NCBI GenBank assembly: GCA_950097015.1
Contig: CATNEN010000008.1
Location: forward strand, 1,488,001-1,552,000
Direction: 5' to 3'
Source: Macrostomum hystrix
Lineage: Eukaryota; Animalia; Platyhelminthes
DNA: 64,000 nt
Below, one piece after another: positions 37,141 through 50,000 of this stretch (the first letter of the stretch is position 1; each line of letters begins with the position of its first letter). Both the position numbers and the translations under genes were made by a program. The notes under the pieces were generated by a model. That model saw only the letters and a list, made by a program, of their open reading frames with translations. It was not told the origin of the DNA and made no database searches.

Positions 37141-38450
37141 AGCTCCATTTCAAAGCCTTCCCTTTAAAGTCTTCCCTTCAATGTACATCATAGCTCCGCC
37201 TTTAAAGTCTTCCCTTCAATGTACATCATAGCTCCGCCTATAAAGTCTTCCCTTTAATGTACATTTTAGCTCCGCCTTTAAAGTCTTCCCCTCAATGTAC
37301 ATTTTAGCTCCACCTATAAAGTCTTCCCTTTAATGTACATTTTAGCTCCGCCTTTAAAGTCTTCCCTTCAATGTACATTGTAGCTCCGCCTTTAAAGTCT
37401 CCCTTTAATGTACATTTTAGCTCCGCCTTTAAAGTCTTCCCTTTAATGTACATTGTAGCACCGCCTTTAAATTCTTCCCTTCAATGTACATTGTAGCTCC
37501 GCCTTTAAATTCTTCCCTTCAATGTACATTGTAGCTCCGCCTTTAAAGTCTTCCCATCAATGTACATTACAGCTCCGCCTTTAAATTATTCCCTTTAATG
37601 TACATTTTAGCTCCGCCTTTAAAGTCTTCCCCTCAATGTACATTGTAGCTCCGTCTTTAAAGTCTTCCCTTCAATGTATATTACAGCTCCGCCTTTAAAG
37701 TCTTCCCTTTAATGTACATTTTAGCTCCGCCTTTAAAGTCTTCCCTTCAATGTACATTGTAGCTCCGCCTTTAAAGTCTTCCCCTCAATGTACATTTTAG
37801 CTCCGCCTTTAAAGTCTTCCCTTCAATGTACATTGTAGCTCCACCTTTAAATTCTTCCCTTCAATGTACATCATAGCTCCGCCTTTAAATTCTTCCCTTC
37901 AATGTACATTGTAGCTCCGCCTTTAAGTTCTTCCCTTCAATGTACATTATAGCTCCGCCTTCAAAGTCTTCCCTTCAATGTACATTATAGCTCCGCCTTT
38001 AAAGTCTTCCCTTCAATGTACATTGTAGCTCCGCCTTTAAAGTCTTCCCTTCAATGTACATCATAGCTCCGCCTATAAAGTCTTCCCTTTAATGTACATT
38101 TTAGCTCCGCCTTTAAAGTCTTCCCTTCAATGTACATTTCAGCTCCGCCTTTAAAGTCTTCCCTTCAATGTACAATGTAGCTCCACCTTTAAATTCTTCC
38201 CTTCAATGTACATCATAGCTCCGCCTTTAAATTCTTCCCTTCAATGTACATTGTAGCTCCGCCTTTAAAGTCTTCCCTTCAATGTACATTGTAGCTCCGC
38301 CTTTAAGTTCTTCCCTTCAATGTACATCATATATCCGCCTTTAAAGTCTTCCCTTCAATGTACAATGTAGCTCCACCTTTAAATTCTTCCCTTCAATGTA
38401 CATCATAGCTCCGACTTTAAAGTCTTCCTTTCAATGTACATCATGGCTCC
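37141..38450. repeat. Minisatellite, 38-bp unit AGCTCCGCCTTTAAAGTCTTCCCTTCAATGTACATTGT
   Basis: About 34 copies. Confidence 0.97.
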
Positions 38451-38987
38451 GACATTCAAAGCACACTCTTCGATCTAACTCATAGCCTCGCGTCAAAGGC
38501 CTTCCTTCCAATTAACTGTCCGAAGTTCTTAAGCATCGTTACCAGCACCACTTTTTCCCAAACCCATTCTCTTTCACTCAAAGTGTGCAATACAAAAACC
38601 AACCGTCTTCTTCATAATCGAGAGCATTGAAAAAATCACTATACTACTCAGAGGAAGTCTAGTCAGTAGTCTAAGTGAAGTCGTTTGACGAGACACAATT
38701 TAGTCCCAATTTGCTAAATATCGTTTCTAATTAGCCATTGGCTACTACAGGCTGACCAATTAGAGAAGTAGAAAATTTTGGAATTCGTGGAATAAGAGAC
38801 CTGGACCCCAAAAAGCGACTCTTTCCAGTAACTAAAATCGCACACTTTTTCCATTTGAAACCCAAGTGAATACTTCAACAATAAATAGCTACAGTTTAAT
38901 TTGGTAAGTTTCGCTAGTGATTTTATGTTTCCAACCAATTTTTGTTATTCAACTGAAATTGAATAATTCGGGGCTCCTGAGGTGGCC

Positions 38988-40342
38988 CCGATTCTTCAGA
39001 TAAATCCCCGATTCTTCAGATAAATCCCCGATTCTTCAGATAAATCCCCGATTCTTCAGATAAATCCCCGATTCTTCAGATAAATCACCGATTCTTCAGA
39101 TAAATCCCCGATTCTTCAGATAAATCCCCGATTCTTCAGATAAATCCCCGATTCTTCAGATAAATCCCCGATTCTTCAGATAAATCCCCGATTCTTCAGA
39201 TAAATCCCCGATTCTTCAGAAAAATCTTCAGATAAATCCCCGATTCTTCAGAAAAATCTTCAGATAAATCCCTGATTCTTCAGATAAATCCCCGATTCTT
39301 CAGATAAATCCCCGATTCTTCAGATAAATCCCCGATTCTTCAGATAAATCCCCGATTCTTCAGATAAATCCCCGATTCTTCAAATAAATCCCCGATTCTT
39401 CAGATAAATCCCCGATTCTTCAGATAAATCCCCGATTCTTCAGAAAAATCCCCGATTCTTCAGATAAATCCCCGATTCTTTAGATAAATCCCCGATTCTT
39501 TAGATAAATCCCCGATTCTTTAGATAAATCCCTAATTTTTCAGATAAATCCCCGATTCTTTAGATAAATCCCCGATTCTTTAGATAAATCCCCGATTTTT
39601 CAGATAAATCCCCGATTCTTTAGATAAATCCCCGATTCTTTAGATAAATCCCCGATTCTTCAGATAAATCCCCGATTCTTTAGATAAATCCCCGATTCTT
39701 CGGATAAATCCCCGATTCTTCAGATAAATCCCTGATTCTTCAGATAAATCCCTGATTCTTTAGATAAATCCCCGATTCTTCGGATAAATCCCTGATTCTT
39801 CAGAAGAATCCCCGATTCTTCAGAAAAATCCCTGATTCTTCAGATAAATCCCCGATTCTTTAGATAAATCCCCGATTCTTTAGATAAATCCCCGATTCTT
39901 TAGATAAATCCCTGATTTTTCAGATAAATCCCCGATTCTTTAGATAAATCCCCGATTCTTTAGATAAATCCCCGATTTTTCAGATAAATCCCCGATTCTT
40001 TAGATAAATCCCCGATTCTTTAGATAAATCCCCGATTCTTCAGATAAATCCCTGATTCTTCAGATAAATCCCTGATTCTTCAGTTAAATCCCTGATCTTC
40101 TGAAAATCCCCGATTCTCTAGATAAATCCCTGATTCTTCAGATAAATCCCTGATTCTTTAGATAAATCCCCGATTCTTCGGATAAATCCCTGATTCTTCA
40201 GAAGAATCCCTGATTCTTCAGAAAAATCCCTGATTCTTCAGATAAATCCCTGATTCTTCAGATAAATCCCTGATTCTTCAGATAAATCCCTGATCTTCTG
40301 AAAATCCCCGATTCTCTAGATAAATCCCTGATTCTTCAGATG
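38988..40342. repeat. Minisatellite, 20-bp unit GATTCTTCAGATAAATCCCC
   Basis: Tandem copies. Confidence 0.97.
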
Positions 40343-40404
40343 AACGCAATTTTCTTCAGAAAAAAACTTCTAATTCTTCAGAGGGTCTTCAACCTAGGGA
40401 GAGC

Positions 40405-40445
40405 TATGGGCTGCTGACCTGGAGATCGTGGGTTCGATTCTCATT
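40405..40445 (+). other. tRNA T-arm-like fragment (degenerate SINE head)
   Basis: CCTGGAGATCGTGGGTTCGATTCTCAT contains a B box; no complete cloverleaf. Confidence 0.3.
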
Positions 40446-41029
40446 CTATGGGAAGCAACGTCTTTGATCAGTTCAGTTAATCCTTTAGGTAAACCGTTTG
40501 AGTCCATATCGATCACGTTTAAGTTCCGGTTATTCGTGTCTTAAATAGGTGATTTATGCCGACCACAAGATAATAAATTTTTGTACTTTTTGCACTCAAT
40601 CTAATGCCATACCGAGCATTAGATTCCTCACTTTATTGTGATAATTCCGCGCACACAATAAGTCATTGCCCACTGTTTTAGCTTGCAAACACAGAAGGGT
40701 CAGTTTTCAATCCTGAGCATAAATAGAAAGCTGATAACCTTGCCGTGGCACTTGAGATCAGTTGAGCAATTTGTCAATAATTTCGGGTAATTACATCTCT
40801 GCAGCGGTGTTGCTTTTTTAAACTACGAGGTAATAGCACCAAAAATTGATCAGAAAGATCCGAGCTTTTTCGACACAGAGAATCACAAATCAAAGAATGT
40901 TACTGAATGTTTTTTGGGTCTTATTCAATGTTACTTTTGACTGACATCTTTGTCGAAGTCTACAGTTAAGGAGATGGCTTTAAGCGGGAAAATGTTATTA
41001 TAAAAAACACTGTCAATCAAGGCTTTCGA

Positions 41030-41641
41030 TTCAGAAACATTCAGGCTTTCAGTTCAAAACCTTCAGGCCTTCCATTCAAAACCTTCAGGGTTTCAATTCA
41101 GAAAACTTCAGGCTTTCAATTCAGAAACCTTCAGCTTTCAATTCAAAACATTCAGGCTTTCCATTCAAAACCTTCAGGCCTTTAATTCAAAACATTCAGG
41201 CTTCAAATTCAAAACATTCAGGCCTTTAATTCAAAACCTTCAGGCTTCAAATTCAAAACCTTCAGGCTACAAATTCAAAACCTTCAGGCTTCAAATTCAA
41301 AACCTTCAGGCTACAAATTCAAAACATTCAGGCTTCAAATTCAAAACCTTCAGGCTTCAAATTCAAAACATTCAGACTTCAAATTCAAAACCTTTAGGCT
41401 TCAAATTCAAAACCTTCAGGCTTCAAATTCAAAACCTTCAGGCTTCAAATTCAAAACCTTCAGGCTTCAAATTCAAAACATTCAGGCCTTTAATTCAAAA
41501 CATTCAGGCTTCAAAATCAAAACATTCAGGCTTTCATTTCAAAACCTTCAGGCTTTCATTTCAAAACCTTCAGGCTTCAAATTCAAAACATTCAGGCCTT
41601 TAATTCAAAACATTCAGGCCTTTAATTCAAAACATTCAGGC
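41030..41641. repeat. Minisatellite, 22-bp unit TTCAGGCTTCAAATTCAAAACC
   Basis: Tandem copies. Confidence 0.95.
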
Positions 41642-44028
41642 TCTTAACCGTTAAGCTTCAGGTAGGACTATCAAATTCCGAATCGTTCAGGCTGTTGCAA
41701 GTCTAAACTGAATTATACGATCGCAGAGGCAAAATTTCTCTAGAAAATGTGGGGACGAAGGGAGGTGAGTGTTAAATTCAGCTGCTCAGTTGAGTTCCGC
41801 ACAATTTATAGCTTATACTAGTCATAAGACAATAAGCAGCCGAGTTTGCCTGTCCAGCCTGACAGTCATAAAAGACACACCGACCCGTTCAGTGCACTCA
41901 TAAAATAGAAAGTTAAAGGCCATTTACACTTCCTCAAATTGAGCAGTGGCTAGCAAACTGTTAGAACAAATATGAGGGGAAAACTTAAAAATGGGATCAC
42001 TGTCATGCGGATCCCTGTTGATAAGTAAGGGGAGAAGGCTTTGCTGAATAGTTTTCAGGATCCCCTCGACTGGGGTAGGGTTGGCAGGCAGAGTCAGCGC
42101 AACTGATAATTTATGATTTCAAGATCAGCCGCTCCCCCCCCAGGGGAAGAGTTTCAGAATGCGTCTGCGTTTTCTGCGTGGGGATATCTTGGAGAGGATG
42201 TCATCCCCTTTTCGGGGGGGGCCGGGTGTCCTCCCTCGGTCGATTGTAAACGATCAACAGAACGTCAGAAAAAAAATTCCTCAGATACCGCAGCCACCAA
42301 ACGGAATGGATGGGAGAAGATTAAGGCAAATATCCCAGAAAATCCTGCCTTAACCCTGCCGTTGGGCCGTTGTAATAAATATCTGGTTGTCCTGCGCCCA
42401 CCAAAAAGGGATATTTGCGGGTGTTCTTGTGCCAACATTGTCTTCACTGCATTAAAGCCCCCCCGGAGCAACTGTTGCTTTCATCGGCGGTCGCCACTAG
42501 ATTTCTACCGTCTAACTCCAGCTCCTTACTAAGGAAAGCGCAGTGATTTTCTTCGAATCTAGCAAAAAAATGTAATACAAGAAATTGCCGGAAAATTCAA
42601 TGCGAAATGCTAACCAATGGGACCAAACATGTCAACAGAACTGAGCACTGAATAAACAAGCTCAGCACAAACATCACAAACAACATAAAATGAGTGTTGA
42701 TTGTTTTTCAACTCAATCAGTTTCATGGCTTGGGTACAACGTTGCATCAATTGTCTATGTGATTTGGCTAAAATCGATACGATACGATACGATCGCTCGT
42801 ATTTGCACACCGCTGGTTTTTACTAACTTGAAGTTTTGTTGCTTTTTCATTGCGCAAAAGGACAAAGGAAGCAAAAAGATTTTATTAGGCAACCCTCGAT
42901 TCGAATCTCCTTTTTGCCAGTTCCGCCTTAATTACTTTCCGACCTTCTGTCTGTCTTCTAGTGCACTTAAGTGAAAGTGATAGGACAAAAGGACTTAGCG
43001 ACTGATTTTTTAGCTTTACAAGGTAAGCGGTAAGCAGGGAAAACACTGCCTGCATATGGTGATTAGGATGAGTGGGGGAGAGTGCAGTTGGGATGAAGAT
43101 CATTAAGTCTTCGCCGGTGCTTGTCACAAGCCAGCTCGAACGGGAGGACAGGAAATGAAAGAGGGCGAGAGGTGTGGACAAAAGGACAGCGCATTGAGGC
43201 AGCAACTACAGCGTTCAGATGGCCCCATCATGCCGACGTTAAAGCTCCCCAAAAACAGAGAAAAGTTATAGTGGCGCCGCCTCCGACCCCACCACAACGT
43301 TTTTTGATGATGCCTTTGCAATTTCGGCGGATCAGGGGGTGTGGCATGGCATGCAGATGCGATGGATTCGAGGTCAAGCTTTACTGCTTACCTTGCATCT
43401 GCTTTTATTGCTTTACTTTTGTTTGCCGTGCGGGCGTCACATTCGAGGGCTCGTCCTCATTGCGAAGGCTCAATTTCTTCCACCTTGCTTCAAGTGGTGA
43501 CTCAATCCTGACTCGCTATTTAAACCTGTAGCTGCGCTTTAGAGCAGAGACATTGCTCCAAACATCTAATGTGCTCATCTTGAAGCAAAGTGGGCTCTTA
43601 ACTTAGGGCCGGAATGTAAAAAACATTGGAATTACGAGTATTAAAAGGCTTTTGCGTGTTTTTCAAAAAAGAATTGTGTAAACATTTTTTTCATACCAAA
43701 AGCAAGAAGACAAAAGAGGATTTTCGCTACCACATAAGCTCTTAGTTACAGTCTAAAAAATGTTAAGCCAATAATTATGAGAATATCAAGAGATCTTAAT
43801 GAGAATTATGAGAATTTCTAGTTTCCTTCATTTAATTGTTCACTCGTTCGTTCGTTCGTTCGTTCGTTCATTTGTTCTTTCATAAGTTCCATCACCCTCC
43901 TACCTTAAAGCAAGTTTCGATGCTTTCAAAATGTAAAGACAACCAACTTGACTGCATTTCAGATTACCGTTCAACGGCCAGTAGTATCAAGTCTCTAGTC
44001 TCTCAAGTCTCTCAAATAATCTTATCAA

Positions 44029-47000
44029 ATGTGTCACTTTACAAACTGGTGCCGATTTCTGGCGCTCGCATTGGCGCTACTAAAAGCGGCGACGGCAATC
44101 GACTCGTCGCAGCCGGCGGCGCGTCTTCACTGCGAGATACTGGACGACTCGCCAGCTGGTACAGTTTTGCAGCGTCGCGGCGCCGGTGGCGAGTGTCGCC
44201 TCTCCTACCTGGCCCCGCTGAGTTCAACTGATAGCGCCGTCTATACCATTCTCGGCAGTCGCAGCGGTGGCGACGTCGAAGCTAATCGTTGTAGCCTCAC
44301 AGGTGACTACTTTGACGTTAGACCTCGCGACAGCGCTTTGATCCTTCGACGTAGCGTTGACCGAGAGCAGCTCTGCTTGGCTAGCGGCGCCGATTCCGAG
44401 GGCGCCGCTGTGGAACTTCCCGTAGCTATTCTAATCGACGGACGCATCGACGTCACGCGGCTTAGAATCGACGTCGTTGACAGAAACGATCATTCGCCAA
44501 GCTTTCCTGGCGGCAGCGCCGCTTTCTTCGAGTTGAAAGTGCCCGAGAACAGCGAGCGCGGTGCCTCCTTTCCATTGCCAGTGGCTGCTGACCCGGATTC
44601 GCCAGCGAACGGAGTAGTCAGGTAAGAAACTGCTCTTAGAAGTGCATGCAACACTAGCTCTGGTAATACTCATTTCAACTTTCATCCCGAGTTGAGCTTT
44701 GGCCGATTGGCCGATTAGATTATCGATGACCTGAATTCAAAATACATGGCTCAAAATACAATTATAGGTGTGCAAAAATATAGGTAGTTTCATTGATCAA
44801 AGGTGCCGAAAAAAATATTTTAACACAATGTCAGGGCGAGGACATCAAAAGAAAAAGGTGGTTGGCCTAATTACTTGTGGCTCTGAATTTGTTAGAAAAG
44901 TAGGGCAACATAAACTTTTAAATCTACCCTTATTATTTTGCTTTTAAGGTTTTCTGTTGATTTTGAACATTTTCCCATTTGAAAATTACACATGATCGAA
45001 CATTTTTACGTTATTATTTTTCCTTGAATGGCTTTCGCCTGAAATGTTTTCTACCTTTGGCTGTTCTCAATCACTCTTCTTTACCAAAACCTCCAATTCT
45101 CACACTTCATCGCTTCCCCGCTTATTTCTCCCATATTTCTACATCTATGACTCTATCTATTTGTCTTAGTCCTCAGCCGCTCTGCTCTGGGGGGGGGAAT
45201 TATTTCTCTATTTCTCTCTTTCCAGTTCAGCAGGCACTTCAAGGGGAAAGTGTCAACTCAGGGTTGGCCGGTTGGGTTCCGTTGGCGACTGCAAGGTCCT
45301 GCTTGAGCCAGCCCAGGAACCATTGAATGAGAAGTAGAAACGAGTGCTTAAATAAAATAGGGATTAATTAATATACAAACTGAGTGTTGGGGCCATTTCT
45401 CCTATGGGGATTTTGGAGTGGGCTTGGAGAAGTTTGGAGTGGTCCGAGAGGGAAGTCACCAAAGAGGAACTGCTGGTGCTTTCAGAGTTTGCTCGCGACC
45501 AAAAACTAGCTTAAAAATTATTTCACCCCAAACACACCAGAAATCACATAGGCGTGTACGAAAGCACACAGCCCTTGTCTATCAAAAAACCCCAGTACTT
45601 AACTACAAAAATCATCAAATAGAAATTACGAGTTCAGAATCCTGCATTAAGTGTTGTCTTGTTTTCTAATTTAAAATACTCTGTATAGTTAGATGAATCG
45701 GGAAATTAACCATTGTTACGAATAGGCTGTATCTAAAATAGAAACTATTAGTTAGTCACACATATATATAGTTATGACAAAAATATGTAATCAATTTTTT
45801 CGTTTTTTACTCGCCTTGGTGCGAGTCTATCTAACTCTATCGAATATTATTTTCCTTTTGTAAAAAATTACGCTGCTTTTAAATTTTCACTAAAATTTCA
45901 CCGCCAAGTTTGAATTCCTTACCAGATTAAGAATGCCAAGTGATATGCAGTGTAATGGCCATGACACTTGGGTTCAGCTTGGCAACAAAAATGAGTAATG
46001 AACCTGCGTTAAAACGTTATAATGTATTTTAGAGAATGCATCAGAAACAAAATACCTAGATTAGTAAGTCGACATAAAATTGCATTCATTCTTTAATACA
46101 CACAAAGCCCTTGAATTTTGCTTCGCTGCCATCAAGAGCTAAAACAGATGATTGAAATCTGGCAGCATATGTTAAGATTGAATATCATTTCTGTTTCCAG
46201 TCAGGCTGTGATTGCTATTGGCCCACGCTGTAAGGATCTCGAATCTATTCTGGCTGGCTCGGCAACCTTTGTTCTATGCCGCCAGTTAATTGATTGTCCG
46301 TGCCAGTCCTCCCAATGCCCCCCCAACCTCCCACAATCTCTCCATATCTCTCCGTATCCCTCTTAATCTCTCCCAGTCTCTCCCAATCTCTCCCAGTCTC
46401 TCCGAATCCCTCCCAATCTCTCCCAGTCTCTCCCAGTCTCTCCGAATCCCTCCCAATCTCTCCCAGTCTCTCCCAGTCTCTCCGAATCCCTCCCAATCTC
46501 TCCCAGTCTCTCCCAGTCTCTCCGAATCCCTCCCAATCTCTCCCAGTCTCTCCCAGTCTCTCCGAATCCCTCCCAATCTCTCCCAGTCTCTCCCAGTCTC
46601 TCCGAATCCCTCCCAATCTCTCCCAGTCTCTCCCAATCTCTCCCAGTCTCTCCCAGTCTCTCCGAATCCCTCCCAATCTCTCCCAGTCTCTCCCAGTCTC
46701 TCCGAATCCCTCCCAATCTCTCCCAGTCTCTCCGAATCCCTCCCAATCTCTCCCAGTCTCTCCGAATCCCTCCCAATCTCTCCCAGTCTCTCCCAGTCTC
46801 TCCGAATCCCTCCCAATGTCTCCCAGTCTCTCCGAATTCCTCCCAATGTCTCCCAGTCTCTCCGAATTCCTCCCAATGTCTCCCAGTCTCTCCGAATTCC
46901 TCCCAATGTCTCCCAGTCTCTCCGAATCCCTCCCAATCTCTCCCAGTCTCTCCGAATCCCTCCCAATCTCTCCCAGTCTCTTCCAGTCTCTCCGAATCCC

Positions 47001-50000
47001 TCCCAATCTCTCCCAGTCTCTCCCAGTCTCTCCGAATCCCTCCCAATCTCTCCCAGTCTCTCCGAATCCCTCCCAATCTCTCCCAGTCTCTCCGAATCCC
47101 TCCCAATGTCTCCCAGTCTCTCCCAGTCTCTCCGAATCCCTCCCAATGTCTCCCAGTCTCTCCCAGTCTCTCCGAATCTCTCCCAATCTCTCCCACCGAA
47201 TCCCTCCGAATCCCTCCCAGTCTCTCCGAATCCCTCCCAATGTCTCCCAGTCTCTCCGAATTCCTCCCAATGTCTCCCAGTCTCTCCGAATCCCTCCCAA
47301 TCTCTCCCACCGAATCCCTCCGAATCCCTCCCAGTCTCTCCGAATCCCTCCCAATGTCTCCCACCGAATCCCTCCGAATCCCTCCCAGTCTCTCCGAATT
47401 CCTCCCAATGTCTCCCAGTCTCTCCGAATTCCTCTCAATGTCTCCCAGTCTCTCCGAATCCCTCCGAATCCCTCCCAGTCTCTTCGAATCCTTCTCAATC
47501 TCTCCCAGTCTCACACAATCTCATCCAATATCTCTCAATTTCTCCTAACGCATACGATTAATCAAAATTTGTCACACCTGGACCCTCTCTGATTTATAAT
47601 TTTTTTTCATTTCAAAAAGAAATTTAAAAAAATGGCGGTCGAAGGGTCTGGTCACCTCCCAGCAGTGAGATAACGTCAAGGTCTGACCGCTAATGAATAA
47701 TTAATCCCTGCAGTGCTCACCGTTGTTGGAGCTCAGAATTTTTCTCCCCACCTCCAGTGACTAATGGCTCGGCTAGGCTAATCGCCTTAAAAATTTTCGG
47801 GATTTTAGAAGCATTTTAAATGGGAGAAAAAATCTACCTAATCTGGTCCGTTTTACAGTCTTCCTCAGGCTAGTTAGTCAAACAGCTCCGAATGCTTGGC
47901 AATGGGACATTTCATCCCTTATTCAATGCTCGCCGTGAAATGGCTTTCCTTTTATTAGCTGAACAATTGCGAGGATTCGATGAGTTTAAATATCCCCTTC
48001 CATGCGGACTTCGAATAGAATCTACTAATGAATGCGAGTTTAAAGATTTGAGCCCGATTTCTGAAACTTTAATCTCCCTGACATATCCTGTCTTCTCAAA
48101 TATTCTCAAAATGCCTCAATCGCCATCAAAGAAGTGTTTAATGTTTGGAAATCTGAAATGGGAAATCTGAAATCGGAAATCTGAAATCGGAAATCTGAAA
48201 TCGGAAATCTGAAATCGGAAATCTGAAATCGGAAATCTGAAATCGGAAATCTGAAATCGGAAATCTGAAATCGGAAATCTGAAATCGGAAATCCGAAATC
48301 GGAAATCTGAAATCGGAAATCTGAAATCGGAAATCTGAAATCTGAAATCTGAAATCGGAAATCTGAAATCCCATCTGATTCTCAGATACGAGTTGCATCC
48401 ACCGAGCGATGTCTTTGAGCTGACCCAGTCGCAGTCGCATCATCAGCAGCAGCCGCCGATGCCTCAACTCCGCCAGACGGGTCCGCTAGACCGCGAGGCT
48501 GTTGCAAGCTACACCTTCCAGCTGCTGGCATTTGATGGCGGCCAGCCACTGGCCAACAGCGGCAGCCTCAGCCTGCTGGTCACCGTTCTTGACGTCAATG
48601 ACCATCGCCCGGTGTTCGAACCCGCGACCTATTCTGTCAACGTCTCGGAAAACGCGCCGATCGGCACGAAGCTGCTCCGACTGAGCGCTCGCGACGCCGA
48701 CTCCGGCGACAATGCCAGACTGCGCTACGGCATCAGCTCGGCGGGCGTGGACAATGACACACTCGCCGCGTTTCGTGTCGACGCCGACACCGGCTGGCTG
48801 AGCGTCGGCCGAGCCGGGCTCGACTACGAACGCCGACGTCGCTACGCCTTCGCCGTCACTGTTGGCGACTACGGCTCGCCGGCGCTCTTCGCCGACGAGG
48901 CTCGCGTCCTTGTCGACGTGCTCGACGTCAACGACAATGCGCCCGGCATCTCCGTCAACTTTCTACCTTCGACTACGTCTACTAAATCTGGCGTCCTCGA
49001 AGGCTCCGGTTCCATTGGCGTCGCGGTTGCCATCGTAACCGTGAGTGACGCGGATTCTGGCGAGGCTGGACGCGTAGCCTGCGATTTGACTTCGTGGCAC
49101 AACAAGCCGGCGCGATTTAGCCTGGTTGAAAGCGGCGCCTCCGTGTACAAACTAGTTGTCAACGCGAGCCTCGATCGGGAGGAACAGGCCGTCGAGCGTC
49201 TGCGATTGTGTTGCCATGACTACGGTGCACAGCAACGACAAGCCTGCCACCCAGTGAACGTTCCAGTCCTGGACTTGAACGACGAAGCGCCAGAATTTGA
49301 TCACAGACCGCCCGAGGGTTATCGGACCGCTCTGTCAGAGAATCTGCCGCCAGGAAGCAGAGTCATTCAGGTGAGGCGCGTTCATGGTTCTTCCGTCAGC
49401 ACACGAGTGATAGACAGAGTGAAAATTCCATTGGCTCAGAGAAGTCACGTGTTTAGAGGTGTTCCTTGAAAATTTTCTAAAAATAGCAACCAATCTAACT
49501 GTCATGCCATCCTAGGTTCGTGCCATAGACAAAGACGCCGAGCCGAATAATCGAGTGACCTACAGCATCGACGCAGAATCGCAACGGTACTTCACCATCG
49601 ACGCATCGAACGGTCTGATTAAATCTCTGGTCAGTTTCGACTGGGAAGTCAAGCAGGATTACGTCATAGGTGTGAAGGCCGTGGACTCGGGCGGTCTGAG
49701 CAGTGGCACCATTGTGAATGTCACTATAATCAATGTCAACGACGAATTGCCGAAGTTTGTAAGTTGACCTGATCTTTTTCCCTACGGCACTATGAAAATA
49801 TTTATTTATAAAGGAGGATAGTAATCGGCCGTATGAATGCTTTGAGCAATCTCTCAGGAGTAAAATGCTCCTGCTCTGAGTTTGAGCATATGCTCAGAGC
49901 TGCTGAATGCTAAAATATCTCGGAGTTTAAGCAAGTATTGGGAACTTTAGGAAAGTATGGGGAGTTTGGGAAAGTATGGGAAGTTTGGAAAAGTATAGGG

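Noticed and set aside
42113-42532. 139-aa ORF in the GRASP-protocadherin spacer
   Set aside because: No motif, signal or splice support; probably regulatory or TE-derived sequence.
46245-47592. 400-aa repeat ORFs on both strands
   Set aside because: Intronic modular minisatellite.
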